Origin: Bryobacterales bacterium
GTDB lineage: Bacteria; Acidobacteriota; Terriglobia; Bryobacterales; UBA6623
DNA length: 64,000 nucleotides
Assembly: GCA_965248105.1 (NCBI GenBank)
Contig: CBDFIK010000005.1
Coordinates: 648,683-712,682 of the forward strand
Reading direction: 5' to 3'
Numbering within the stretch: position 1 is the first letter of the stretch; each line of letters opens with the position of its first letter. Positions 16,890-26,482 of this stretch are shown here, piece by piece. The position numbers and the translations under genes were made by a program. The notes beneath the pieces were generated by a model, which had not been told where the DNA came from, searched no databases, and worked only from the letters and a program-made list of their open reading frames with translations.

Positions 16890-18113
16890 TCACTTGATTG
16901 CGACGCTACTGAAGGGCTCATCCAACGCAGCAGCCTCGTAGAGTAGGCCCTTCTTGAAAATATTGTCCGTCACGGTTACGCGGGATGAGTTCGTCCAAAG
17001 CAACTCCCCGTTGGCATTGAACGTGAAGTGCATCACGAGGACGACTCCATCAGGTGATCGGGTATACACGACCAGCAGAGGTGACGCGTCGAATAAGAAA
17101 AAAGGCTTTTGTTCCGTGTAATGTCTTCTATATTTATTACGCTCTGCTTCGTCCGCCGACGTAAACCACTCCTTCAAGCGATTCCCGCCTTCCGGAGTAA
17201 GACACTCGACAAAATCATCGATTTCTTCCTCGCGGAGTAGCGAGTGCATTTTCTTAATTGTTGCTTCTACCCGCGTTACAAGCTCGGTGCCACCTCCCCT
17301 CGTTTCGAGCGAAACACCTCTGAGGAACAAAGTCAACGGGCGGTGCGTTCGCCCCTCGGCACTCAACGAGGAAGATACTAACGGGACTTCGTGCGTGGCG
17401 CGCCGGATGACGTCTTCTGTACAGAACCGTGGATGGTCAGTCGCGGCCGGCTCCAGCATCGAATCCAGCGAATCTACGACAAGCTGGTAGGTCCACTGCC
17501 TCGTTCGGTAAGGCAGGAATCCTAACGCCCCATGATCCTCATATGCGAAAAGGAATGGAAAGGCGAATGTCCGCTCCTTGTACTGCATGCTGGAAAACAA
17601 CATCACTAACCCATCAAATTCATAGCCCCGAGGAACCGCGACGAGGTCAACCACCTCGAACTGTTTAAAAAATGCGTCGGCCTGCTCCTCCACGCGGTCG
17701 CGATATCTTCGCTGTTCAGAGTGCGACAACTCAAAAAATGCGGCTCGGTCTTGCCGCTTAATGGCGTCTATCACTTTGCGAAAAGACTCCTCATACGGGT
17801 CGGCGTCCCCGTCCGCCTCTTCCCACCAAGCCGATTGAGGATAAACGCGCTCAGTAACTTGCAGGCATGCGCTTGTGCTGTGGGCACGAGCCTCGACATG
17901 GAACGCCATCGGCAAATAAACGATACGCTCCTCCGCGGCCAACAGCGCGCTGCACACCAAGCTAAGTGAGCCTACTGCAGCCGGCACAAACAAAACCACA
18001 AACAGCGAATGGATCGACGGTCTTCGGGCCAGAAGTGGGATTCGGGCGTGATGGCCACATTTTGCCCATACCTGAAAGGCTGCCAAAGTTGCTAGTGACT
18101 TAGCTGGAAACAT
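16890..18113 (-). CDS. Hypothetical protein with N-terminal membrane anchor/signal
   Basis: 407-aa ORF with ATG start and a hydrophobic segment LFVVLFVPAAVGSLSLVCSALLAA. No motif recognised. AT-richer than neighbours by spot counts. Confidence 0.55.
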   Translation of the reverse strand: MFPAKSLATLAAFQVWAKCGHHARIPLLARRPSIHSLFVVLFVPAAVGSLSLVCSALLAAEERIVYLPMAFHVEARAHSTSACLQVTERVYPQSAWWEEADGDADPYEESFRKVIDAIKRQDRAAFFELSHSEQRRYRDRVEEQADAFFKQFEVVDLVAVPRGYEFDGLVMLFSSMQYKERTFAFPFLFAYEDHGALGFLPYRTRQWTYQLVVDSLDSMLEPAATDHPRFCTEDVIRRATHEVPLVSSSLSAEGRTHRPLTLFLRGVSLETRGGGTELVTRVEATIKKMHSLLREEEIDDFVECLTPEGGNRLKEWFTSADEAERNKYRRHYTEQKPFFLFDASPLLVVYTRSPDGVVLVMHFTFNANGELLWTNSSRVTVTDNIFKKGLLYEAAALDEPFSSVAIK

Positions 18114-18164
18114 CTTCTCCTTTTCCGAGCGTTCGTTCGCAACACTCCTTCAGTAGTGGACCAT

Positions 18165-18254
18165 AAATACTGGGGACAGTCAGCCGCGGCTGAAGATGTC
18201 ACTGATTCCAAGCGCCTTCCGGGACGCTGCTTGTGACAGTCCCCGATTTTTTCC
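18165..18254. repeat. Family F mini-element (~90 bp)
   Basis: The right end, GTGACAGTCCCCGATTTTTTCC (18233-18254), is the reverse complement of GGAAAAAATCGGGGACTGTCAC and near-identical to the left TIR at 7416. The degenerate partner is AAATACTGGGGACAGTCAGCC at 18165-18185. Confidence 0.5.
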
Positions 18255-18350
18255 TGCATTCGGGAACAGCACGCCGTGCCCAAAAGCTCCCGATCGCCCA
18301 TCTGGCTTCTAAATATGCGTGACCGACCTTAGTGCGTAAGCCCTTCCCGC

Positions 18351-20165
18351 TCAGCTTCCCTCCCGAATGCCCGCTTCTTCGTACACCACGAGGAACTGAT
18401 TCGGTTCGATCTTCTCAAACTCCTGACGCTTGCCGCTAGGCCAGAGGACCTCGATGTGTTCCACGAGAAGATCACCTCCCAGGCCAAAGGTGAGCGGCAA
18501 CTCGCTCTGCGAACAGTAACTCGAGCCGCTTCGAACCGTCTGCCACTGCTTGCCCGACGCGCTTCGGACTTTCACAACCGCTCCGATTGCGCTGCGATTC
18601 GACTCGCGCCCCACTAGCTTCAATCGCAGATAGGAATTCGTATTGCCGCCGTCGTTGCGCAACAGATAGGCCGGACCATTGTTGGTCGAGATTAGGACGT
18701 CGAGATCCCCGTCGCGGTCGTAGTCGCCGTAGGCGGCGCCGCGCGCGACTACAGGGCGAACGAAATCCGCTCCGACCTTCTCGTTAGCGAGTTCAAAGCG
18801 GCCCCGCCCCGTATTTCGAAACAAAAGCGGTGTTTGCTCGTATTGAACCTTCGGCTGGACGCGGCTGATCTCCTGCTCCAAATGTCCGTTAGCGGCGAAA
18901 ATATCCAGGTGGCTGTCCAGATCGTAGTCGAAGAAGAATGCTCCGAAAGTCAGATATAGCAAGCTTGCCCGCCCCACCGCGCTCGTCGGAGCCTCGTCGA
19001 CAAACAGCCCGTTCCCCTCGTTGTGATAAAGCGACAGCATTTCGTTTGAAAAGTTGCCGATCAAAAGGTGCGGCCGCCCCGAGCGGTCGTAGTCGGCGGC
19101 ATCGACTCCCATGGCGCCACGCGCCTTGCCGTCTTCGGCGAAAGCCACCCCCGACGCCAGGCCTTTGTCGCTGAACGTGCCGTCGCCATTGTTGCGGTAG
19201 AGCTTGTTGGGCTGCGTGTCGTTCGCTTGGAAGATATCCAGGCGCCCGTCGCCGTCAAAGTCGAGAAGCGCCACGCCAAGCGCCTTGCTGGTGTCGTCGA
19301 GTAGCCCGGCTTTCTCCGTTAGATCGGCAAACTTCCCCGCGCCCAAATTGCGGTAAAGCCGCGACGAAACACCGTTATAGGACTCCGGCGTGCAGTAGGA
19401 CTTCGTCTCTCCGTCGAGCGAGCACCAGAGGTCGTTTTCCGGACTCCACACGACGTAGTTGGCCACGAAGATATCCAGCCGCCCGTCGCGGTCGTAGTCA
19501 AGCCAAGCGGCGCTTGTACCGAAGTTAGCGTTCGAAATACCTGCTTGCTCGGAGACGTCCCGGAACGTCCCGTCGCCTTGGTTATGGAAGAGGCGATCGC
19601 CTTCGAGCGCGGTGATATAGAAATCCTGATACCCGTCGTTGTCGTAATCCCCGACTGCGACTCCCATGCCGTACATCTCGATCGCCAGCCCGGCCTCCTT
19701 GGTAACGTCGGTGAACGTCCCCTTGCCGCTATTGCGATAAAGGGCCATGGTCGCCTTCCGCTTCGGGTTGGGCTGCCAACTCCTGCTGTTGACCAGTAGA
19801 ATGTCCGGCCAATCGTCGTTGTTGAAGTCGAGAAAGGCGCAGCCGGAGCCCAGTGTTTCGGGCAGCCACTTCTTGCCGGAGCGTCCGTTGTGGTGCACGA
19901 AGTCGATGCCGGCAGCCGAAGTCACATCAGTGAAAGCCACATCGGCGGCCCCGGTCGCCACGATGGGGTTCCCGTCCTGTGAATCCCCCGGCCCGCAAGC
20001 TGCTGCGAGCAGGCACGCGGCTGCTGCGAAGAGCATCGGCCGGCTTGCCGCCGGGGGAAGGGCGAGGCGTCCGCCGTCCGGCGGCGCGAGGAACTTTGTC
20101 CGAGAAACGCCGTGGGCTTGGTGGCGATGCGTCAGCCTGGCTGCATCTGGCTCGTCGGCCTTCAC
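18351..20165 (-). CDS. CRTAC1-family protein (FG-GAP/VCBS repeats + UnbV/ASPIC C-terminal domain), probable lipoprotein
   Basis: Repeated DxDxDGxxD loops (DFNNDDWPDILLVN, DYDNDGYQDFYI, DYDRDGRLDIFVAN, DFDGDGRLDIFQAN, DYDRDGDLDVLIS). C-terminal RSGSSYCSQSELPLTFGLG. GTG 20165 overlaps the upstream stop. The alternative ATG 20036 gives the lipobox MLFAAAACLLAAAC. Confidence 0.85.
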   Translation of the reverse strand: MKADEPDAARLTHRHQAHGVSRTKFLAPPDGGRLALPPAASRPMLFAAAACLLAAACGPGDSQDGNPIVATGAADVAFTDVTSAAGIDFVHHNGRSGKKWLPETLGSGCAFLDFNNDDWPDILLVNSRSWQPNPKRKATMALYRNSGKGTFTDVTKEAGLAIEMYGMGVAVGDYDNDGYQDFYITALEGDRLFHNQGDGTFRDVSEQAGISNANFGTSAAWLDYDRDGRLDIFVANYVVWSPENDLWCSLDGETKSYCTPESYNGVSSRLYRNLGAGKFADLTEKAGLLDDTSKALGVALLDFDGDGRLDIFQANDTQPNKLYRNNGDGTFSDKGLASGVAFAEDGKARGAMGVDAADYDRSGRPHLLIGNFSNEMLSLYHNEGNGLFVDEAPTSAVGRASLLYLTFGAFFFDYDLDSHLDIFAANGHLEQEISRVQPKVQYEQTPLLFRNTGRGRFELANEKVGADFVRPVVARGAAYGDYDRDGDLDVLISTNNGPAYLLRNDGGNTNSYLRLKLVGRESNRSAIGAVVKVRSASGKQWQTVRSGSSYCSQSELPLTFGLGGDLLVEHIEVLWPSGKRQEFEKIEPNQFLVVYEEAGIREGS

Positions 20166-22987
20166 GGAAGGCCCCCGAGCTCGTCCATTCTTGCGCCGGC
20201 TGGCCTGGCGGCGACCTGGATCGGCAACTCGACCGAGACGTGCTCGTGAATCGATTGGCGCTCGTTGTTGTCTTCCGGACTCAGCCTGCGGATGCGTGCG
20301 GTGACTGTCTGCGCCGACTCATCGGCCTTGAAGCGCCGGAACAGCTTTTCCTCACGCGCCGCGCCCTCCGTGTCCCCCAAACCCCGGTAGCAGAGCATCC
20401 GGCGATAGTGCATCTGAAGATCTTCGGGGTCGATCCGGGCAACGCGGTCCAGGACTTGGATCGCTTCTTCGTACTGGCGCTTGAGGAAAAGTATGTTCGC
20501 GATTTCGTTCAGCACAACGCGATCACGCGGGTACTGGCTTGCGGCACGCCGCAGAGAAGCCAGCGCACCGTCGTAGTCGCCTTCCGACTTCTGAATCTTG
20601 GCCTTGAAAAAGTGAATGCGCCCCAAGCTGTCGTCTACTGCCAACGCTTTCTCGATGAAGGGCGCCGCCGCGTCTGTCTGGCCTTCCTGGATCAACGCTC
20701 GGGCAACGTTCAGCCAGCCGTCGGCGAAGTCGGGATCGGCCTCGGTCACACGCTTGAAGGCATATTCGGCTCCTTTTAGATCCCCTTGCAACAGTAAGCC
20801 GATCCCGTAGTCGTTCCAGCGCTTGGCGTCTTCCGGCTGCACGGCCGGGCCCCAATTCGTCTCGCCCGACCCAATCTCCAGCTTCGCTTCCGCTCGAGCC
20901 AAAACCACGATCGGTAAATTGGGAATACGGTCTTTGATCTGGCCGGCGACGTTATCCGGGATATCGGCGGGAGAAAACGTAAAGCGACGATCGTCGTAGC
21001 CCTTGCTAAAGCTCGCGGTGTCCGTCGGGTCCGGCTGGCCCGCGTAGGCAAACTGCGTGTAGTAATGCGAAAACTTCCGATAGTTCAACTTGGCCAGCAA
21101 ACGGATCGGCCCGGGAACGTTTTCAGGAATCTTCATCCGAAAGTGCGCCACATCGGCGGCACCAGGCGGTATCAGCCGCACATAAAGTGCGCTTCGGGCC
21201 TGGAAAGCGTTACGTTTGTTGATCGGGTTGCCGTGCCCGTCCAGCAGAAACGCACGGTAAAAGTGCGCCCCTTTTTCGACCGCGCCCTTGCCGTCGTCTT
21301 CGACCGCGCCGCTCCAGAAGATGATTCGCCCGTCCGCGTCCGCCGCCTGCAGCTCGAGCCAAACATCGAAAGCGTCTACCGTTCCCCCAGGGAAGAAGTG
21401 CCCTACTTTGCGAGTCCTTACTACGACGTCCACCTTGATCGTGTGACCAGCTTCGACCTTCGGGGACGCCCGGTCGATCGGTGCGGCAATCTTGCCTACT
21501 TCTCGGATGAGTACGGTCCCGCTTCCGGCTTCTGCTTCCTCGCCAACGGCGAACCCGGTGGAAAGCACCTGAGCATCTGCCACCCGGCGACGCATAGCTG
21601 GCGCATCAGACCCTTCTTCGACAGGCGAGGCGGCGAAAATGTCCACCGACACGATGCCGTCTTCCAGGAATTCCTTCGTTACGCGAAGCTGCTCTTCGTC
21701 TTGATTCACGTAGGGCACGGCGGTGTTCGCCGCCGGGAACCGGTGCGAGTGAACGTAGCCGTCGACGTTGCCCGGGTCATCCGACTTCACGAGCGGCATG
21801 TGGCAATCCGTGCAGTCGGCCGGCTGCACGGGATAGTAGAACGAACGTGCCCCGTAGCCCGACACGCCGCTCGCTTGCCAGTTGTCGTACTCGTTGAACC
21901 CTCGAAACCAGCGGTAGTCATTGACCGGAACATCCAAGTGCACCTTATGGCACGTAGCGCAAAACTCGGCTTTGTCGAGCCGCATGAACGGTTTCATGAA
22001 CGCCTGCCGATGCGCCGCCGGAGCGGTATTCACAAAGTAGTCGTGAATGGTCTTGATGACGGGATTGTCGCTCTTCGACATCTCGTGCAGCGGAGGGTAG
22101 GTAATCGTGAACCCTCCGTTGCCCATCGTGTCGCTCACATGGGTAATCGAATGGCAAGACATGCACCCTAGACCGGCCAGCGCTTCTGTGGTGTCGATTT
22201 GTTCTTTAACCGGGCGTTCGAATTGGCCGTTGAAAAACATCGCGTGGTCATGGCAGCCGGCGCACCATTTCGAAGCCTCGACGCCACCCGTTACTTCCTG
22301 CATGTACTCGATTGACTTGCGATAGAACTGATTGTTGAACGACGAGAAGTGGTGCATCGAGCTGTTCCACTGCTCGTAAATATCCTTGTGGCACTCGCCG
22401 CAGACCTTCGAGTCCAAGAAGAAGTCCGAAGGAATAAGATCTCCGGTATTACTTTGAGCCGAGGACGGGAAGAAAGGGCTCCCAGAGCCCGAACCTTCGT
22501 ATTCCATGCTCACGGGCGCTGTCGTGGGATTGACGATCCGATCATCCGCGCTCGGGAACCAGCGCAGCTGCAGCCAGCGGCTCGACGGTAAGGCCAACGC
22601 CACCAGGAACGCTACGCCCAACGCCCGAGAAAAACGAGGTAGCTGGCCCCGCGCGTAGCCCCAAACCAAAGCAGCCCCGAGAAAGCCCAAAGACCCGTGA
22701 ACCACCACGACCCACAGATGCGGTCGCGTCGCGCCGATATAGCACAGAACAATGCCCAGCGCGCCTGCCACCGACAACGTTGCCGTCGCCCCCCGGGCGT
22801 GGCTCCGAAACGCCTTGACCGCTTGAGCCTTCGATACCCAAAGGGCCGCTAGCAGGCCCGCACCGAGGGCGATATGCAATAAAACGTTAGCGAGATAGAA
22901 AACGCCGGCTTCAGGAAATGCCCAGACCCAGCCCGTATTGAGCAGCAGCAACAAAAAACCTGCCGCCACTACTCTTGCCTTAGTCAC
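20162..22987 (-). CDS. Membrane-anchored pentahaem c-type cytochrome with C-terminal TPR domain
   Basis: 4-5 N-terminal hydrophobic helices. Five CxxCH motifs (CGECH, CAGCH, CMSCH, CATCH, CTDCH). C-terminal TPR-like repeats (AEYAFKRVTEADPDFADGWLNVARALIQEG...). The GTG start lies 3 nt after the upstream stop. Confidence 0.8.
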   Translation of the reverse strand: MTKARVVAAGFLLLLLNTGWVWAFPEAGVFYLANVLLHIALGAGLLAALWVSKAQAVKAFRSHARGATATLSVAGALGIVLCYIGATRPHLWVVVVHGSLGFLGAALVWGYARGQLPRFSRALGVAFLVALALPSSRWLQLRWFPSADDRIVNPTTAPVSMEYEGSGSGSPFFPSSAQSNTGDLIPSDFFLDSKVCGECHKDIYEQWNSSMHHFSSFNNQFYRKSIEYMQEVTGGVEASKWCAGCHDHAMFFNGQFERPVKEQIDTTEALAGLGCMSCHSITHVSDTMGNGGFTITYPPLHEMSKSDNPVIKTIHDYFVNTAPAAHRQAFMKPFMRLDKAEFCATCHKVHLDVPVNDYRWFRGFNEYDNWQASGVSGYGARSFYYPVQPADCTDCHMPLVKSDDPGNVDGYVHSHRFPAANTAVPYVNQDEEQLRVTKEFLEDGIVSVDIFAASPVEEGSDAPAMRRRVADAQVLSTGFAVGEEAEAGSGTVLIREVGKIAAPIDRASPKVEAGHTIKVDVVVRTRKVGHFFPGGTVDAFDVWLELQAADADGRIIFWSGAVEDDGKGAVEKGAHFYRAFLLDGHGNPINKRNAFQARSALYVRLIPPGAADVAHFRMKIPENVPGPIRLLAKLNYRKFSHYYTQFAYAGQPDPTDTASFSKGYDDRRFTFSPADIPDNVAGQIKDRIPNLPIVVLARAEAKLEIGSGETNWGPAVQPEDAKRWNDYGIGLLLQGDLKGAEYAFKRVTEADPDFADGWLNVARALIQEGQTDAAAPFIEKALAVDDSLGRIHFFKAKIQKSEGDYDGALASLRRAASQYPRDRVVLNEIANILFLKRQYEEAIQVLDRVARIDPEDLQMHYRRMLCYRGLGDTEGAAREEKLFRRFKADESAQTVTARIRRLSPEDNNERQSIHEHVSVELPIQVAARPAGARMDELGGLP

Positions 22988-22990
22988 CGA

Positions 22991-25900
22991 TCACCTCAAC
23001 GGCCGGATCAGCCTCAACGCGCCTCTTACGTTATATTCTCGCAGATACCCACGGTGGATCTCGCCGTCCGGGTAGTGCTCGGCGTGACCGTAAGGGTAGC
23101 CCGTCATGGCGTGAAAGGGAAGAGGTTCGACGCTGTCGCCAAAGGCTGTGTTCGCCTCGTTCTCTTTCGCCCAGCCGTCGGCGAAGAGCAAAAAATCGCG
23201 TCGCCAGCCAGGCGGAAGATCAGGCAGACCCGCCGCTGGGAACCTCAACGCCAATTCGTCGCCCGCACCTAGGATGACAAAGCGGTCGTCGATCGCCTCG
23301 AGTAATTCACGCACCTCGCCGTAACGGGTATACATCCCCAGTGTTGGGTTCCACATCGACGTCAGATGTACGCGCGCGTAGTCGTAGCGCTCCGGCTGCT
23401 TGCGTTGCGGGTGGAGTTTGAGGTCCGAGAATCCTCGGAAACGCAGTTCCGCCTCTTGAGGCAGGATGGGAGAGAGCGTCGCCTCGGGAGACCGAGTGTC
23501 TACCGCGGCGAACACCTGGTCCCAGTAAAGGCACATATTCGTGAGGATGCGTACTTCCCTCGAATCCGAGAGGAACTTGCCTCGCAAGTCCACGGCGATC
23601 GTCCTCGGCCGCCCCGCCGGCAGACCCATGTCCGCGACAACCGTGACCCAGTCGCCCTGGGCGTCTCGTACCTGCAAGGAGGGCAGCTGCACCGCGCTGT
23701 GCTTGCTCTGTCCGCTAGCAACGAGGACGCTGGCATCCGCCCAATCGACCCAGCCATGGAGAAACAGTACAACGTCGTCTCGCCCCTTCAGGGAAGGGAA
23801 GTCGAGCGTCAGCGAGTGCCGCTCGGCGCGCCCGGAAGAGTCACGCTTGAAATCGTCGGGGTAGCGACGGTCTCTCTTCACCAGGCGTTCCCGAACGTCG
23901 TGCCCGTGGTGATCGGTGGCTCGCCGAGGATAGTGGCGTTCGCTCACACCGTACAAGTGAAACTCGGGAAACGGCGGCGCCTTGAATTTCTCGCTGCTGA
24001 AAATATCCACCTCGTTCGGGTGATCCACCGCGATCAGCTTCACCTGGTCGACATAGGCAACTTCCCGCAACTCCTCCGTAATCCTTATTTCGTAAAACCC
24101 GTCGCGCGGTCTCAGTGAGCGGCCGGCGATCGACACATACTCGTCATGATCAACCGGGAAAAACTTGTCATTGCCCAAACTGGTCCCCAGCGGCGCCACC
24201 GCTAACACCTCGCTGATGAATTCGAACTCCCGGCCGTTCCAAGTGAAGATCATCGGACACGAGCCCGACAGCCGCGGCTTTTCCTCGTAAACATGCGCCT
24301 GACCCACTGCTTGCTGGGATTCGTTCTGGATCAGCCCATTGGCCCAAGTGATTCGAACCGTATCGATACTCTCGGCCCCCGCCAGGCCGAACGCCAACGG
24401 CACGCCCTGATAGACCTGCTTGCGGTACAGCCGCCCGGCCTTCACTTCCACGCGCGCTCCTTCGGCCCGAACATTGTTCTTGATGCCTTCGAGGGCAACC
24501 GAAACGTGCTTGTTGGTAGTCTCGGTGGCGTTAGAAAGCAGATAGGTGCTGCCGTCGGCGGCGAGGGCCGCCACGTCGGTACTTCCGGATCCATCGAAGT
24601 CCGCGGCCACGGCGGCAACGAGTCCATCCGGCAGTCCCGAGACCTGCCCCGATTCAAACTTCATATCTCCGCGGTTGAGCAACAGGCCCTCATGGGTAAT
24701 CGCATCGACCCAGCCGCGGTTCTGAAAATCCCCCCAAGCCAACACGCCGGGCATGCCCGAGCCCGCGCGCAAGTGTCCCTCATGATTTCGGAGGATTCGC
24801 GTGTGCGTGCCGGGTCCCTCTCCCCAAGACATCGCGATGTCGAGGAACCCGTCGTTGTCGAGGTCAACCACATCCAAGCGCACGGGGTCACCCCCTGGTT
24901 TCAAGCTCTGGATTGGCTTCGCTGTAAACTCTCCGACCTTGCGGTCTTCGTACACGACGACCTTGTCGGCATAGGCCACGACGATGTTAAACCCATTGTT
25001 CTCCCACAGCTCGAGCGTAGCGGCGGCCAGCCCGCGTGAGCCTTTCACAAACGGGAACTTGCCGGAAACATCCAAGAATGTTCCGTCGCCGTTGTTGCGG
25101 AGCAAAACCTGTTGCGCCCCGACCGCCAGCAGGTCGAGGTCATAGTCGTGGTCGTAGTCGACCCACAGTGCCGATTGAAAATCACCTTCTGCAAGTAGCC
25201 GCGGGTCGCCGCTAACGAGGCCTTCCTGGACTTCGGCCAGATAAGCCCCATCACGCGTGATCAGGCAAAGATCTTGGAATCCGTCGTTGTTGAAGTCCCC
25301 CGCGGCAAGAGACCGAATTTCCCCCTCGATTTTCTTCTGTGGCGTCTGGTCGTCACTGAGGTTAAACGCGACCGATTGGCGGGACCACACCGCCAAATCC
25401 ACCGCGCCGTCGCCGTTCGCTTCGAGAAGGGCCAAACCGATCGGCGGTCCCTTCAGGGCCAAAGCCAACTCCACGGCTCGAAACTCCGTTGTCGCTGCTT
25501 CGGCCGTGGGGGGAGCAGCGTCGATCGGGTCATACAGTTCGGAGTAGAAACTCCAGTTGATGTCTTCGCCGATCGCGGCTCCGGCCTGCAGATCCTTGAG
25601 TTCGCGGAAGCGATCGAGTTTCTGCTTCGCGCGCTCGGTGTCGATACGCCGCAGAACGTTATACAGTTGGAAATTGGGCGCGGCCAGGCTGGGGTCCAGC
25701 TCCGACGCCCGTTCGAACGCCGCGATGGCCTTGTCGATGTCCTTTTTCAGCCGATACAGAACACCAAGGTTGTAGTGCGACTTCGGCTCGTCGGGAACGA
25801 GCTTCAGCATCTGGTTGAATTCCTGGATGGCCCGGTCCGCCTCTCCAAATCTCTTGAACTCGATGCCCAGATTGAAATACGTGTGCGGGATTGACGGGTC

Positions 25901-26203
25901 GATCTCGCGAGCCTTTTCGATCTCCGCGATGCCTTCTTCCGGCTTACCGACACGCAAGAGAGACAGCCCGTAATTCAAGTGCTCACGCGCCGAACCGGGG
26001 TTCAGCGCCAGGGCTTTGCGCAACTCATCCACGGCTTGCGTCTGCGTTCCAGGATTCTCGTAGAAGGCCTTGCCAAGGTTCCGGAGCCGCTGCAGCTGTG
26101 CCGCCTGCGCAGGGTCCAATTTCGGACCCGAGGGTGGCGCAAACATCAACGCTACGCTGCCGATCCCAACCAGAACAACGACGGCAATGACTACCTTTTT
26201 CAT
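22991..26203 (-). CDS. Giant TPR + FG-GAP/VCBS + ASPIC-like protein with a ~450-aa C-terminal region of unknown function
   Basis: ATG 26203 is preceded by GGAGG (MKKVVIAVVVLVGIGSVALMF anchor). There are N-terminal TPRs, FG-GAP loops (DFNNDGFQDLCLI, DLDNDGFLDIAMS, DFDGSGSTDVAAL) and an ASPIC-like VYQGVPLAFGLAGAESIDTVRITWANG. The ORF-track start at 26254 is less likely. Confidence 0.8.
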   Translation of the reverse strand: MKKVVIAVVVLVGIGSVALMFAPPSGPKLDPAQAAQLQRLRNLGKAFYENPGTQTQAVDELRKALALNPGSAREHLNYGLSLLRVGKPEEGIAEIEKAREIDPSIPHTYFNLGIEFKRFGEADRAIQEFNQMLKLVPDEPKSHYNLGVLYRLKKDIDKAIAAFERASELDPSLAAPNFQLYNVLRRIDTERAKQKLDRFRELKDLQAGAAIGEDINWSFYSELYDPIDAAPPTAEAATTEFRAVELALALKGPPIGLALLEANGDGAVDLAVWSRQSVAFNLSDDQTPQKKIEGEIRSLAAGDFNNDGFQDLCLITRDGAYLAEVQEGLVSGDPRLLAEGDFQSALWVDYDHDYDLDLLAVGAQQVLLRNNGDGTFLDVSGKFPFVKGSRGLAAATLELWENNGFNIVVAYADKVVVYEDRKVGEFTAKPIQSLKPGGDPVRLDVVDLDNDGFLDIAMSWGEGPGTHTRILRNHEGHLRAGSGMPGVLAWGDFQNRGWVDAITHEGLLLNRGDMKFESGQVSGLPDGLVAAVAADFDGSGSTDVAALAADGSTYLLSNATETTNKHVSVALEGIKNNVRAEGARVEVKAGRLYRKQVYQGVPLAFGLAGAESIDTVRITWANGLIQNESQQAVGQAHVYEEKPRLSGSCPMIFTWNGREFEFISEVLAVAPLGTSLGNDKFFPVDHDEYVSIAGRSLRPRDGFYEIRITEELREVAYVDQVKLIAVDHPNEVDIFSSEKFKAPPFPEFHLYGVSERHYPRRATDHHGHDVRERLVKRDRRYPDDFKRDSSGRAERHSLTLDFPSLKGRDDVVLFLHGWVDWADASVLVASGQSKHSAVQLPSLQVRDAQGDWVTVVADMGLPAGRPRTIAVDLRGKFLSDSREVRILTNMCLYWDQVFAAVDTRSPEATLSPILPQEAELRFRGFSDLKLHPQRKQPERYDYARVHLTSMWNPTLGMYTRYGEVRELLEAIDDRFVILGAGDELALRFPAAGLPDLPPGWRRDFLLFADGWAKENEANTAFGDSVEPLPFHAMTGYPYGHAEHYPDGEIHRGYLREYNVRGALRLIRPLR

Positions 26204-26335
26204 AGTTTGATCCTCCCATGGTAGCGGAACCGGCCAAGTGCGTTCAGCGCCCACTCACGCCTTGGGTCGATGCCCGGCCTCGGACGCCCCTGAGCAACCA
26301 AACCCCGGGCAAGCTTGCTGAACGCAACGGAGACC

Positions 26336-26404
26336 GGGCGCAGCATGCTGCCCCCACAGGTCTGTCAGGCGCCTGGAATTGTAGGGGCACGGCATGCCGT
26401 GCCC
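26336..26404. repeat. Family A composite double-hairpin element
   Basis: GGGCGCAGCATGCTGCCCCC (26336-26355), a 29-nt spacer ending CCTGGAATTGTAG, then GGGCACGGCATGCCGTGCCC (26385-26404). Same architecture as 27164-27234. Confidence 0.85.
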
Positions 26405-26482
26405 GACGTTCCCGATCGACCGGACCGACCTTTCGCCGCACTGCCCAGAAGCTGCCGCCATCGCGACTCAAGTCCCGTAGCG

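Noticed and set aside
21065-22171. 368-aa ORF on the plus strand
   Set aside because: It is antisense to the pentahaem cytochrome gene, has no motifs, and shows a shadow-ORF composition.
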